From assembly GCA_031414595.1 (NCBI GenBank), contig JANNVX010000018.1, positions 1-64,000 on the forward strand: a DNA stretch of 64,000 nt, given 5' to 3'. A program made the translations under genes and the position numbers. Origin of the DNA: Deinococcales bacterium (lineage in GTDB: Bacteria; Deinococcota; Deinococci; Deinococcales; JAAFIG01). Of this stretch, positions 1 to 9,477 are shown piece after piece. Below the pieces are notes generated by a model. The model made no database searches and had not been told where the DNA came from. It was given only the letters and a program-made list of their open reading frames with translations. Each line of letters starts with the position of its first letter. Within the stretch, counting starts at the first letter, position 1.

Positions 1-103
1 CTTCTTGAAAGTATGGAAGTAAGGCTTGGAATTCTTTTTTGGTTAGTCCAGTCAGGGCTAAGAAGCGAGTTTTATTCTTGACGAGTTTGTCGTAATGCAG
101 CAC
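1..103 (-). mobile_element. N-terminus of an IS transposase (IS5/ISL2-like, HTH_Tnp_4-like), running off the left edge; IS end probably near 135
   Basis: Manual translation from GTG at 103: MLHYDKLVKNKTRFLALTGLTKKEFQALLPYFQE. This resembles the FLALTGLTxxEFxxLL start of DDE_Tnp_4-associated transposases. Not in the ORF track. Confidence 0.6.
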
Positions 104-117
104 TCGAATAGTTTATC

Positions 118-219
118 CTAATTTCCGATAACGTCTAATGTTTTCTGAATGATTTCCCTTTCAGATTCTAACTCACGCATTGATGAACTGATGAACACTT
201 GTATACTTTTTTTTTGCAC
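118..219 (-). pseudogene. Truncated DUF4062-like gene (33 codons), apparently interrupted by the IS
   Basis: AAGGA RBS, then GTG at 219: MQKKSIQVFISSSMRELESEREIIQKTLDVIGN*. VFISSxMxxLxxER is the DUF4062 N-terminal signature. The stop lies 14 nt before the transposase start. Confidence 0.6.
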
Positions 220-243
220 AATTATTCCTTTGTATTGGTATTT

Positions 244-1359
244 CTAAAACGTTCTTTCTATCATGTATTTTGCCCAGAATAAAAGTAATCTTTTGCATTC
301 TGAGTCGGTAATAATATCTAAATGGGGTAAGGCTTTTTCAATGTATTGTTTGGCTAGGTCTTCAGTTCTCTTAATTCCATTTAATGAACGCAACAGTGAT
401 GCCACCTTTTTTATATCTTCAATACTCGAGTCACGATTTCCTAGTATTTTTGTTAAAAAGTCATACTCTGTTGGTTTTGCATTGCGAAGAGCTTCAAGCA
501 CAATGATAGTTTTTTTTCCTTCACGAATATCTGAACCAAACGGTTTTCCAGTTTGGGATTCATCTCCTACAACACCAATTATATCATCCTGCAATTGAAA
601 AGCTGTACCACAAAGACTTGTAAAGTTTTTCATTGCTTGAATTTCGGGGTCATCAGAATTGTTTGAATTCTTCCCGATCATTGCACCCGCCCAACCCGAA
701 AATTCATAGAGAACACCTGTTTTTAGCCAAAGCATTTCTACAATTTGTTCATCAGTTAAATTTCTTGACTCAAAAGTCGTCTGATAACTATATTGAACAT
801 CTAGGGTTTCACCATAAACTAGCTTAGCTAGAACATAAGACTGAAGTTGGTAAACGATTTTAAGTACAACCTGAGGTGATACAACTCCTGAAATAGCCAT
901 TTCAAGGAATAGCGTTGTTGCCCAACCATGTTGAGTATCGCCAGTTAATATTGCAAGATTTCTGCCATATTCCTTAGCTAGTATCTCGGACAGTCCAAGA
1001 TTGGACTTTCCTAATTCAGAACCTAATTCATGTGCTGAAGGTAAACCACGTCTCAAAAGATCATTGTCAATTAAATCATCATGCACTAATGTCCATGTGT
1101 GAAAAACCTCTATGCCCGCGGCAGCAGGTAATGCATGTTTCCGATCTCCACCAACTGCTCCTGCCGCCAAAAGTAAAACTGCTGGTCTAAGCCGTTTTGC
1201 TGGGCGTAGAATGTAACTCCAAACAGCAGTGCTAATATCTTGAGGTTTGAAATATGTGGCAACTTGATGAGATTTTAGGTATTCCAAGACTGAATTATCA
1301 ACTTTTAGAAGATATTCAAAAAAGCTACTTTGTGTTATTTCTTTATTTTTATTTTCCAT
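244..1359 (-). CDS. Polyprenyl (short-chain, GGPP/FPP-type) synthetase, AT-rich
   Basis: KRLRP, FARM HTWTLVHDDLID..RRG (Trp at -5), WLKTG, SARM-like FQLQDDIIG, GSDIREGKKT. Confidence 0.92.
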   Translation of the reverse strand: MENKNKEITQSSFFEYLLKVDNSVLEYLKSHQVATYFKPQDISTAVWSYILRPAKRLRPAVLLLAAGAVGGDRKHALPAAAGIEVFHTWTLVHDDLIDNDLLRRGLPSAHELGSELGKSNLGLSEILAKEYGRNLAILTGDTQHGWATTLFLEMAISGVVSPQVVLKIVYQLQSYVLAKLVYGETLDVQYSYQTTFESRNLTDEQIVEMLWLKTGVLYEFSGWAGAMIGKNSNNSDDPEIQAMKNFTSLCGTAFQLQDDIIGVVGDESQTGKPFGSDIREGKKTIIVLEALRNAKPTEYDFLTKILGNRDSSIEDIKKVASLLRSLNGIKRTEDLAKQYIEKALPHLDIITDSECKRLLLFWAKYMIERTF

Positions 1360-1523
1360 ATCTTAAAATCCTTTCTTACATTGTAAACATTATTAAACTA
1401 AATTTCAAATCTAGTGATAAAGCCCCGTGCCTATCAACACAATAATCCCGCAATGTTTGACATTCTATCAAAGATGAATAAAGGATACCACAGTTTAAAC
1501 TAACAAAACTTTCCTTGGGATGA

Positions 1524-2114
1524 TTGGGGATGATTCACCGCACCGCCGAAGGGCAGCACATAGATTTGTCTTGGGTACAAAATAAACGCTGGGATATGGG
1601 TGTAGAAGACTATTTGCAGTTGGTGCGCCTAAAAACTGCTTTTTATACGGTGGTTGCGCCGTTACAGCTTGGGGCTTTGGCGGCTGGGGTTGAGCCAGAT
1701 ACAGGCTTACTCGAGGCTGGCTTAGATTTAGGTATTGCTTTTCAGATTAGAGATGATGTCCTGAATTTAACGGCTGATTTTGCTGTGTATGGCAAAGAAA
1801 TCGCGGGAGATATTTTTGAAGGCAAACGCACTTTGATGCTGATACGTTTACTCGAGGTGGCTTCGGTCACAGAGCGCTTAGAGATTGTGGCGATTCTCGA
1901 GCAGCCACGCGAAGCCAAAACCAAAGCGCAAGTGGGGCATATTCTCGAGTTGATAAAAAAGTATCATTGTGTAGATTTTGCCCAAGAAATCGCAGACCAG
2001 CACGCAAAAAAAGGCTTAGAGCAACTAGCCCTAAGTTTAGAAGCTGCACCCAACCGATTGGCAGTGACCGAAATCCTCGAGACCGCCCGTACCCTCGCAA
2101 CACGTCACGCCTGA
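1524..2114 (+). pseudogene. C-terminal part of a polyprenyl (GGPP) synthetase, 5'-truncated
   Basis: Starts at HRTAEGQHIDL; has LKTAFYT, FQIRDDVLN and GDIFEGKRT but no first DDxxD. In-frame TGA at 1521-1523 with AT-rich unrelated DNA upstream. Confidence 0.8.
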
Positions 2115-2172
2115 GACTTGCAACACGTCACACCTGAGACTTGCAACACGCCACACGACAAGCCTGAAACTT
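2097..2172 (+). repeat. Tandem repeat, 23-bp unit, two copies plus one degenerate copy
   Basis: GCAACACGTCACGCCTGAGACTT (2097-2119), GCAACACGTCACACCTGAGACTT (2120-2142), GCAACACGCCACAC..GCCTGAAACTT. Confidence 0.85.
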
Positions 2173-2186
2173 GGTAGACTACGCCT

Positions 2187-3236
2187 ATGGCAAACATTTT
2201 GGTACTTGATGACGAAGCCTCTTTGCTGCGTCTGATTGTCACCATTCTCGAACGTGGCGGGCATAGCGTGACCAGTTTCCAAAAACCTTTGGAAGCCCTT
2301 GCGAAGCTCGAGAATTTTGTGCCAGATGCAATTATTTCTGATATTTCGATGCCAATTATGACTGGACTGGAATTTTGTAAAAAAGTGCGAGAAATACCGC
2401 ATTTGCAAACCACACCGTTTATTTTCTTAACAGCCTTAAGCGAACGCCCAGACATACGGGCTGGAATGAATGTCGGCGCAGATGATTACTTACTCAAACC
2501 CTTTACACCTTCTGAAATTCTCGAGGCGGTAGATGTTCGCTTAAAACGGGCGGCTTTGTCGCGCCCGTCTGCAAACGTTATTAGCTCGGGTTTAGCCATA
2601 GAAGCCAAAGCCCTTGGTGGCATTAACGTTGTTTATAAAGATGTAGAAGTGGCTTGGGCTTCTAAAAAAGCTGCCGAATTCTTTTTTTATTTACTCGAGC
2701 GACCCAATGGTGTGACCACTTGGGAAGCTGCTGAAGCCTTATGGCGCGATAAAGACGAATCTCGAGCCGCCAGTGTTTTCCATACCACTTTGCATCGTCT
2801 GCGTAAAACCTTAGATGAAGATGTGGTTTTTACCAAAAATCGGCGTTATTACCTAAAAACAAATCTCGAGATTGAATTTGATGTCACCCAGTACCAAGGC
2901 TTGGTGCGTCAGTGTGAACTTGTTCCAGACGAGGCGACTTTTTCACAAGCCATTCAATTATATGGTGGCTCATATATGGCTGGATGTGATTCTGACTGGT
3001 GCGAGGATAAACGCGAAATGCTCCATGCCACACACCTGAGTTTGCTGCTCGAGGCATCGCGTTTTGCCCAAGCCAATCAGGATTTGCGTCGGGCTGCTTG
3101 GTACGCTCACCTTGCCACCCAACACGAAAATTATGCAGAGCAGGCTTGGACGGTGTTGTCTGGAATTTATGAAGCCCTAGGCGATTCTAAACGAGCAGAA
3201 CGGGCAAGGCTTCGGATTGCTGCCTGGGATGAGTAA
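2187..3236 (+). CDS. Response regulator with receiver, winged-helix and BTAD (SARP-like) domains
   Basis: ILVLDDE, SDISMP, GADDYLLKPF; FHTTLHRLRKTL; C-terminal TPR-like activator region. Confidence 0.88.
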   Translation: MANILVLDDEASLLRLIVTILERGGHSVTSFQKPLEALAKLENFVPDAIISDISMPIMTGLEFCKKVREIPHLQTTPFIFLTALSERPDIRAGMNVGADDYLLKPFTPSEILEAVDVRLKRAALSRPSANVISSGLAIEAKALGGINVVYKDVEVAWASKKAAEFFFYLLERPNGVTTWEAAEALWRDKDESRAASVFHTTLHRLRKTLDEDVVFTKNRRYYLKTNLEIEFDVTQYQGLVRQCELVPDEATFSQAIQLYGGSYMAGCDSDWCEDKREMLHATHLSLLLEASRFAQANQDLRRAAWYAHLATQHENYAEQAWTVLSGIYEALGDSKRAERARLRIAAWDE

Positions 3237-3279
3237 CCACATCGGTACATGGACGAGTAACCACATCGGTAGGTACATG
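3231..3279 (+). repeat. Short direct repeat (24-bp period) between convergent genes
   Basis: GAGTAACCACATCGGTA at 3231 and 3255. Confidence 0.8.
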
Positions 3280-3293
3280 ACTTTACTTGGCGC

Positions 3294-4883
3294 TCAGGAC
3301 AGCAAACTGGCTTCGGCTCGAGCGCGAAACGCATCTATTTGAGCTTGTTGCCATGCTTGGTCACGCCCAAGTTCTTTTGCCATGAGGCTTGCCACAAGCG
3401 GCGCAGCTTCAAGGGCGGCTCTGGCATCGAGCAATAAAGCTCGGGTGCGTCTGGACAAGGCATCTTCTAAAGTGCGGCTCATTTCTTGTCGCACTGCCCA
3501 GACAATCTCGGCGGTGATATACGGTAGTTTTTCGTGGATTTTTTGGCTCAGTTCAGGGTTGTCTTGAATCATGCCTTGGATGTGCTTGGAGTCCGTTCCG
3601 TACATGCTCAGGCTTTCTTCAAACGAACCACCGATTTGGTCTGGAGAATCTGCCATGCTTGGCGCACCATGCAAACGCATTTCTGGAGTCGGGGATTCTT
3701 TAAGCTCTAAACCAGCAATCGGTGCAGCTTTGTTAATCACATCTTCGCCCATTTTGCGGTAGGTTGTCCATTTACCGCCAACAATTGTTAATAAGCCCGT
3801 GCGTGAAACCAAAATCGTGTGGTCTCTCGAGAGCGCCGAGGTGTTGCCATCTGAATCTGAGGCTTTGACCAATGGACGTAAACCCGCATAAACCGCCAAC
3901 ACATCGGAACGCACTGGGTCTTTGGTCAGGTAACGCCCAGCGTGTTCGACTAAAAACTCGAGTTCTTGCTCGAGTGGGCGAGGCTCGGCATCAATGGTCG
4001 GCACTGGTGTATCGGTTGTGCCAATAATCGCTTTGCCATGCCACGGCACAGCAAATAACACCCGTCCGTCATCGGTGCGAGGGACCATTAAAGCATTGTT
4101 GCCCGGAAAGAATTCTTTGGGTAGCACCAAATGCACCCCTTGGCTGGGTGAAATCACACTTTTGGCTTCTGGGTCATCCATTTTACGAATGCTGTCGGTA
4201 AAAACACCCGTCGAGTTAATCACGGCTTTCGCCCGAATTTCAATTTCACGCCCGCTCTCGAGGTCAAGCACAATTGCACCAACCACACGGTTTGCTTCGT
4301 GAATCAGGCTTTTGACTGGGGTGTAGTTACAAATTGCTGCCCCTTTGTGACTGGCAGTTTGCGCCAGTGTAACCGCCAGTCTCGAGTCGTCAAATTGTCC
4401 ATCAAAATAGACCACCCCGCCTTGCAGACCTTCTGGCTCGAGGGTTGGAATGCGTTCAAGTGCATTATTTCTGGAAATCAGTTTGCTGCTTCCCAAGTTC
4501 AGTTTACCCGCCAGCACATCGTAAACCTTTAAGCCGACCCCATAATACGGACCCGCCCACCAATCATAGGCTGGAATCACAAACTCAAGGTCACGTACCA
4601 AATGGGCAGCGTTGCGACGTAAACGCCCACGTTCACGCAGCGCCTCACGTACCAGCCCAATGTTGCCTTGAGCCAGATAACGCACCCCACCATGCACCAA
4701 TTTGGTACTTCGGCTGCTTGTGCCTTTGGCAAAATCATGGCTTTCGACCAGCGCAACTTTATGCCCACGAGCCGCAGCTTCAACCGCCGCCCCTAATCCC
4801 GTTGCGCCACCGCCAATAATTAAGAAATCAAAAGGTTCAGATTTAGAGGACTCGAGACGGGATAGGCTATCGTTGCGGTTCAT
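3294..4883 (-). CDS. glpD: FAD-dependent glycerol-3-phosphate dehydrogenase/oxidase
   Basis: IIGGGATG, GTSSRSTKLVHGGVRYL, DGQFDDSRL, GLRPL, GGKWTTYRKM. Confidence 0.95.
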   Translation of the reverse strand: MNRNDSLSRLESSKSEPFDFLIIGGGATGLGAAVEAAARGHKVALVESHDFAKGTSSRSTKLVHGGVRYLAQGNIGLVREALRERGRLRRNAAHLVRDLEFVIPAYDWWAGPYYGVGLKVYDVLAGKLNLGSSKLISRNNALERIPTLEPEGLQGGVVYFDGQFDDSRLAVTLAQTASHKGAAICNYTPVKSLIHEANRVVGAIVLDLESGREIEIRAKAVINSTGVFTDSIRKMDDPEAKSVISPSQGVHLVLPKEFFPGNNALMVPRTDDGRVLFAVPWHGKAIIGTTDTPVPTIDAEPRPLEQELEFLVEHAGRYLTKDPVRSDVLAVYAGLRPLVKASDSDGNTSALSRDHTILVSRTGLLTIVGGKWTTYRKMGEDVINKAAPIAGLELKESPTPEMRLHGAPSMADSPDQIGGSFEESLSMYGTDSKHIQGMIQDNPELSQKIHEKLPYITAEIVWAVRQEMSRTLEDALSRRTRALLLDARAALEAAPLVASLMAKELGRDQAWQQAQIDAFRARAEASLLS

Positions 4884-4930
4884 GGTGAATAGTTTATACC
4901 TTGTAGCCTTGGGAATTCGAGGGGCTGGGT

Positions 4931-5533
4931 CTACACTGCTTTTGCCATAAAGGTCAGCACCCCAAGTATGGCTGGCAGTTCTTGGATGCTATAATCGCGT
5001 AAATCCAAACGAACATCTGTGCCTTGTAACTCGAGAAAACGCCAATCTGTGCCGCTTGTAACTGCCCCATAAATTTTTTCTTTAGGTTTACCTTGGTTGA
5101 TATTAAAACGTTGTGCCGCTACCATTTCTGCGACACATTGAGCGATGCCCCCCGAAACATCTTCGCGCTTAGCTTCGACCAACATAACAACAGGAGCTTC
5201 TATTTCAATCAACATTGGATTTTGGCTGATGAGAAAATCACAAAAACCATGCAGTCCTAACTTTCGATCAACATTAAAAGCCACGCCAGAAAAGATTGCA
5301 ATTGACCGCTCAAGGACTTCCCTAACCTCGAGGAGTATTGGCGCAATAATGTGTTCTGAACGAGCTTTCTCTGTCCCTTTGCTAATAACCAAAGGTAAGC
5401 CACGATCTAAAACCGCCACCAGCAATTCGCTCGGAGCAATTGGCGCTATCGCATCAAATAATTGATTGACTTGAGTAATGGTCAAACCAAAACGCTCAGT
5501 CAGTAACTTAAACGTAAAACCTTCGTAAGACAT
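4931..5533 (-). CDS. Hypothetical protein with restriction-endonuclease-like PD-(D/E)xK fold
   Basis: EKARSE..IAPILLE, GFCDFLI, VEAK, QCVAEMVAAQRFN, GAVTSGTDWRF. Confidence 0.7.
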   Translation of the reverse strand: MSYEGFTFKLLTERFGLTITQVNQLFDAIAPIAPSELLVAVLDRGLPLVISKGTEKARSEHIIAPILLEVREVLERSIAIFSGVAFNVDRKLGLHGFCDFLISQNPMLIEIEAPVVMLVEAKREDVSGGIAQCVAEMVAAQRFNINQGKPKEKIYGAVTSGTDWRFLELQGTDVRLDLRDYSIQELPAILGVLTFMAKAV

Positions 5534-5540
5534 AAAACTC

Positions 5541-5819
5541 CTAAATTAAATCACTGACTTTCTCGGCAGCTTCAAAATCCAAAGCCGTAATTCCACCAAC
5601 ATCATGGGTGATATACGCCACCCGAAGTTTTTTGTACATGATTTCTAAGGAATCTGGGTGATGATTGATTTTTTCCGACAGCATCGCAATTTCTACTGCC
5701 AGTGCCACACCACTGGCATAGGTCGGGCAATTAAAAAACCGAGTCAGCTTGCCATTCTTAAATGTCCAATCTGGCAAGTGACTTAAACGCGCTGTAATTT
5801 CGCTTTCAGATAATTTCAT
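5541..5819 (-). CDS. phhB: Pterin-4a-carbinolamine dehydratase
   Basis: NHHPD and THDVGGITALD motifs, 92 aa. Confidence 0.9.
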   Translation of the reverse strand: MKLSESEITARLSHLPDWTFKNGKLTRFFNCPTYASGVALAVEIAMLSEKINHHPDSLEIMYKKLRVAYITHDVGGITALDFEAAEKVSDLI

Positions 5820-6469
5820 GGCTTCACTCTACGCTCTAAATCCTCGAGTGTCACGTTTTGTAATGTTTCCAAGCGAATCACCCCACTTGGAAACTCGAGA
5901 TGCTTGGTCACAGCGTTCGGTATCACCACACAGGCAATTCCAGCCGCTAGAGCCGCTCGTGCGCCGTTGGGCGAATCCTCGAGAACAACGACTTCATGTG
6001 GCGCAAAACCAAGTTTATGCAGTGCCAATAAAAAAAGTGCTGGGTCTGGTTTGACATGTTCAACCTCGTAACGTGTGGCAAGGGCATCGAACAATTCTAA
6101 AATGCCATGTTTTTGTGTCCAACCAGAGACCCAATCATGGTCACTCGAGGAAGCAATGGCAAGTTTGAGACCAATCGTTTTTGCCTCGAGCATCAAATTT
6201 TTTGTGCCGGGTAGCAACTCAGATTTTCCAATTAAGCGCAGTACCTCAGTCCGATGCTCAGCTTGCAGGGTTTCTCGAGGTAGGGCGTGTCCAAGTTTTT
6301 CTTCAAGGTCAAGCCAGGGGTCAAAACCACCCCAAGTGCCAATACCACGTCCCCAATCGGTGGCACTTAAAACTTGTCCGTAACGCTGATAAAGTTCAGT
6401 CCAAACCGTAAATTCAGGGGTTTCGGTGTCTAGGATTGTGCCATCAAAATCAAAAATTAGGGCTTTCAT
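5816..6469 (-). CDS. HAD-family phosphatase
   Basis: MKALIFDFDGTILDTE, KPDP, EDSPNG. Start moved to ATG 6469, with TAAGCT -10 box 7 nt upstream. Confidence 0.9.
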   Translation of the reverse strand: MKALIFDFDGTILDTETPEFTVWTELYQRYGQVLSATDWGRGIGTWGGFDPWLDLEEKLGHALPRETLQAEHRTEVLRLIGKSELLPGTKNLMLEAKTIGLKLAIASSSDHDWVSGWTQKHGILELFDALATRYEVEHVKPDPALFLLALHKLGFAPHEVVVLEDSPNGARAALAAGIACVVIPNAVTKHLEFPSGVIRLETLQNVTLEDLERRVKP

Positions 6470-6541
6470 GGCTACCAGCTTAACGGGTTGTGTACAGGGC
6501 GTGTCATCTTGGGTGGCGTGGTGTCGTGTCATACTGACAGA

Positions 6542-7318
6542 ATGGAATTACCAGATGTTTCAAAACTCGAAGGTACATTAGGCGATATTTGTCGTCCGCG
6601 AGCCTTAGATTATACCGATGCCAGCCATGAATTAATCGCTCGAGAAAGCTCACGGCGTTTTGAAAATGCCCTAACTGGCTCAAAACTGAAACTGATTGCC
6701 GAGGTCAAACGCGCTTCACCACGCGGCGACCTGAACACTGGCTTGTCCGCACTCGAGGCAGCCCAAGCCTACGCTGCGGGCGGCGCAAGTGCGATTTCGG
6801 TGCTGACCGAACCACGGCGCTTTCTGGGGTCGTTTGAGGATTTAGCCTTGGTCTCGAGCCAAGTGCCACTACCGACGCTTTGTAAGGACTTTGTGCTTCA
6901 TCCCGCGATGCTGGTGCAAGCTGTCCAAGCCCAAGCTTCGGCGGTGCTGCTCTTGGTCAATGTGCTGGGCAAACTCACCAAAACTTATCTCGAGGCTTGC
7001 CATACCGTGGGTTTAGATGCCTTAGTCGAGGTTCACACCGAAGACGAACTGGATATTGCCTTAGAAGCTGGCTCGAGAATTATTGGGGTCAATAACCGCG
7101 ATTTAATCAGTTTAGACATAAACCTTGGCACAGCCCCAAGACTTGGTTTACTGGCAAGAGAATACGACTTTGAAGGGGTACTGATTGCCTTATCTGGGTA
7201 CTCAAACCGCGCTGAGTTGATTTCGCTCGAGGGTGTCTTTAATGCGGTGTTGGTCGGCTCGAGCTTGGTCGCTTCGACTGACCTTAAAGCCAGTGTTCAA
7301 GGGTTACTCGGACATTAG
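6542..7318 (+). CDS. trpC: Indole-3-glycerol phosphate synthase
   Basis: IAEVKRASP, AISVLTE, KDF, LVEVH, GVNNRDL. Start moved to ATG 6542. Confidence 0.9.
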   Translation: MELPDVSKLEGTLGDICRPRALDYTDASHELIARESSRRFENALTGSKLKLIAEVKRASPRGDLNTGLSALEAAQAYAAGGASAISVLTEPRRFLGSFEDLALVSSQVPLPTLCKDFVLHPAMLVQAVQAQASAVLLLVNVLGKLTKTYLEACHTVGLDALVEVHTEDELDIALEAGSRIIGVNNRDLISLDINLGTAPRLGLLAREYDFEGVLIALSGYSNRAELISLEGVFNAVLVGSSLVASTDLKASVQGLLGH

Positions 7319-8901
7319 CCAAGAATAATATTTTGCGGATTTTGAATAATTCGGTTCTTACCAGTGTGTTTTGCCATTAAAAGCGCTTGGTCAGCCTCGG
7401 TCAGCTTTTGCTCGAGTTGTTCTGGCGAGTTGATTTCTGCCATACCAACGCTAACACTGACCATTTGCTTAAACGGTTCAACAATTTCTAAGCGCCACTG
7501 CTCGAGTCGTTCTTCGGCAGTTTCTGGAGAGATATTTGGCAGTAACAAGGCAAATTCATCGCCACCAAAACGAGCAACCAAATCATTGGGGCGTACCCGT
7601 TCACATAAACGGCTGGTGATGGTTTTGAGGACTTTATCACCCGCATCATGCCCAAAAACATCATTGACAGTTTTGAATTTATCCAAATCAAACATCACCA
7701 CCACACTAGAAGTGCTGGTCTGACTGAGGATTTTTTTAGCGCGGTCAATAAACTCGGTGCGGTTCAGAAGTTGGGTTAATTCATCGGTGGTGGCGCGTTT
7801 ATACCAAGTGTCTATCGGACTCGAGATTCGCCAAATCAAAGGAATTGCACAGATAATCACTAAAAAGCTAACCACAACAATTTGCCATAATTGACGGTTA
7901 AAAACGGCTTCGCTCGAGCCGACAAAATCATTTTTTGGCGCATGAATACCCAGCAACCAATCGGCATCTTGGTTAATCAGTAAAGGACGCATCAAACCCA
8001 CCCATTGCTTGTTAGCAACTTGGTAATTTTGCAAACTCTGGGTTTTCGCCCCCAATTTTTGTAAAGCAATTGCTTGGACACTGCCAATTTCAAGTAATTT
8101 AGGCAAGGTTCGGCTGTTGGGTTGTAGTTTCTTGGTTAAATCTGGTAGCCCCACAACCTCACCAGCTTTGGTGACAATAAAAGCTGCTCCATTTTGACTG
8201 GTTGGAATATGACTCATAAAATCAGACAAAACCGAAATTTCAATATCAACCCCAACCACACCGATTTTTTGACCATTTGCTTGGGTAACAGGCAAGGCGG
8301 CAGTGATACCTGGTTGCTGTGAGGTAAAAAAAACATAGGGACCCGTCCAAATTAGGGCATTTCGGCTTAACGCCTTTTTGAACCAAGGGCGAACTCGAGG
8401 GTCGTAACCATCATCTACAATTTTTGCATCAGAAAAAACGGTTGTTTTGGCATCAAGTTTTCTGAACTTAATCATCCGACGACCCTGCGTGACTTCGATT
8501 TCCTTAAAACTAAAACCATAACTTTCACGCCTTGCAAAAATAAAACCACCATCGTTGCCACCAAAGTACAGACCAGTCAATTGCGGCACAGCCCGTAACT
8601 GCTCGAGTAAATAATCCTCAAAAGCCTGTCCTTTGGGGGCAAGTGAACCACGATTGATTAAGCCTTGTAGCACTCGAGCCGATTGTTCGGCGGGGGCAAG
8701 AAAACGTTGGGTGCGCTCGAGAACACTTTCGGAAACATGCTGCATAATCATTCCAGCATTCTCGAGTTGTAAAGTTGAGGTGTTGGCTCGAGCCGCCAAC
8801 AGCAGCGCAATAATGGCAATACTTTGTAGAACAACTAAACCCAACAATAGTAATTGTCGGATTGGGGGTTGAAAGTTTTTCAAACGCTTACGGCTAAACA
8901 T
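7315..8901 (-). CDS. Cache-sensor diguanylate cyclase
   Basis: Two TM segments, YDPRVRPWF (dCache), DLDKFKTVND, RFGGDEF. Confidence 0.9.
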   Translation of the reverse strand: MFSRKRLKNFQPPIRQLLLLGLVVLQSIAIIALLLAARANTSTLQLENAGMIMQHVSESVLERTQRFLAPAEQSARVLQGLINRGSLAPKGQAFEDYLLEQLRAVPQLTGLYFGGNDGGFIFARRESYGFSFKEIEVTQGRRMIKFRKLDAKTTVFSDAKIVDDGYDPRVRPWFKKALSRNALIWTGPYVFFTSQQPGITAALPVTQANGQKIGVVGVDIEISVLSDFMSHIPTSQNGAAFIVTKAGEVVGLPDLTKKLQPNSRTLPKLLEIGSVQAIALQKLGAKTQSLQNYQVANKQWVGLMRPLLINQDADWLLGIHAPKNDFVGSSEAVFNRQLWQIVVVSFLVIICAIPLIWRISSPIDTWYKRATTDELTQLLNRTEFIDRAKKILSQTSTSSVVVMFDLDKFKTVNDVFGHDAGDKVLKTITSRLCERVRPNDLVARFGGDEFALLLPNISPETAEERLEQWRLEIVEPFKQMVSVSVGMAEINSPEQLEQKLTEADQALLMAKHTGKNRIIQNPQNIILG

Positions 8902-8969
8902 ACGGGGCGAAGCGTATCATAAAAAATAAATTGCTTAACTGTGCCAACGGTCAGGTGGAATACCCTGAG

Positions 8970-9422
8970 CTAATCGGTCTTGGCTACCAAAGGACGCACA
9001 AAAAACACCACCCGTTCAGTAGCAACAAAACCCAATGCCAGATGGACATTTTGACTAACCAAATTATCTATAGGCACATCGGAAGCCAGTTCTAAACAAC
9101 CCTGTGATGCTCCCCAAGCGGCAACCGCCTCGATTAAAGCAGCCCCAACGCCCGATTGACGAGCTAAAGTTTCTACATAAACCCCCTCGAGATATGCCAC
9201 AGGGCTAGAATTTGTGCCATTGACATACTCGTGGCGAATGGAGGTTTCGGCAAAACCAACCGCAACGCCGGCACTCGAGTACGCCATAAACTGAGCGCAG
9301 TTATCAGCATCCTCGAGTAATTCTTCTATTTCTTCGCGGTGTTCCTCGAGTGTCGCATCTGACCAAAGGCTGTAGCGCATCCGCAGCCAATCATCATTGA
9401 ATGTGTTGATTTGAACAATCAT
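8970..9422 (-). CDS. aac(6'): Aminoglycoside 6'-N-acetyltransferase, AAC(6')-I family GNAT
   Basis: IRHEYVNGTNSSPVAYLEGVYV, GCLELASD, HLALGF..TERVVFF are characteristic of the AAC(6')-Ic/Iy group. Confidence 0.82.
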   Translation of the reverse strand: MIVQINTFNDDWLRMRYSLWSDATLEEHREEIEELLEDADNCAQFMAYSSAGVAVGFAETSIRHEYVNGTNSSPVAYLEGVYVETLARQSGVGAALIEAVAAWGASQGCLELASDVPIDNLVSQNVHLALGFVATERVVFFVRPLVAKTD

Positions 9423-9477
9423 GATTGACCTTTAGAAAAATGTGATTTATGTTGTGATACAGGGCGAACACAGGGGT

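Noticed and set aside
2097-2172. Possible mini CRISPR array
   Set aside because: Units are directly adjacent with no unique spacers, and no cas genes are in the window.
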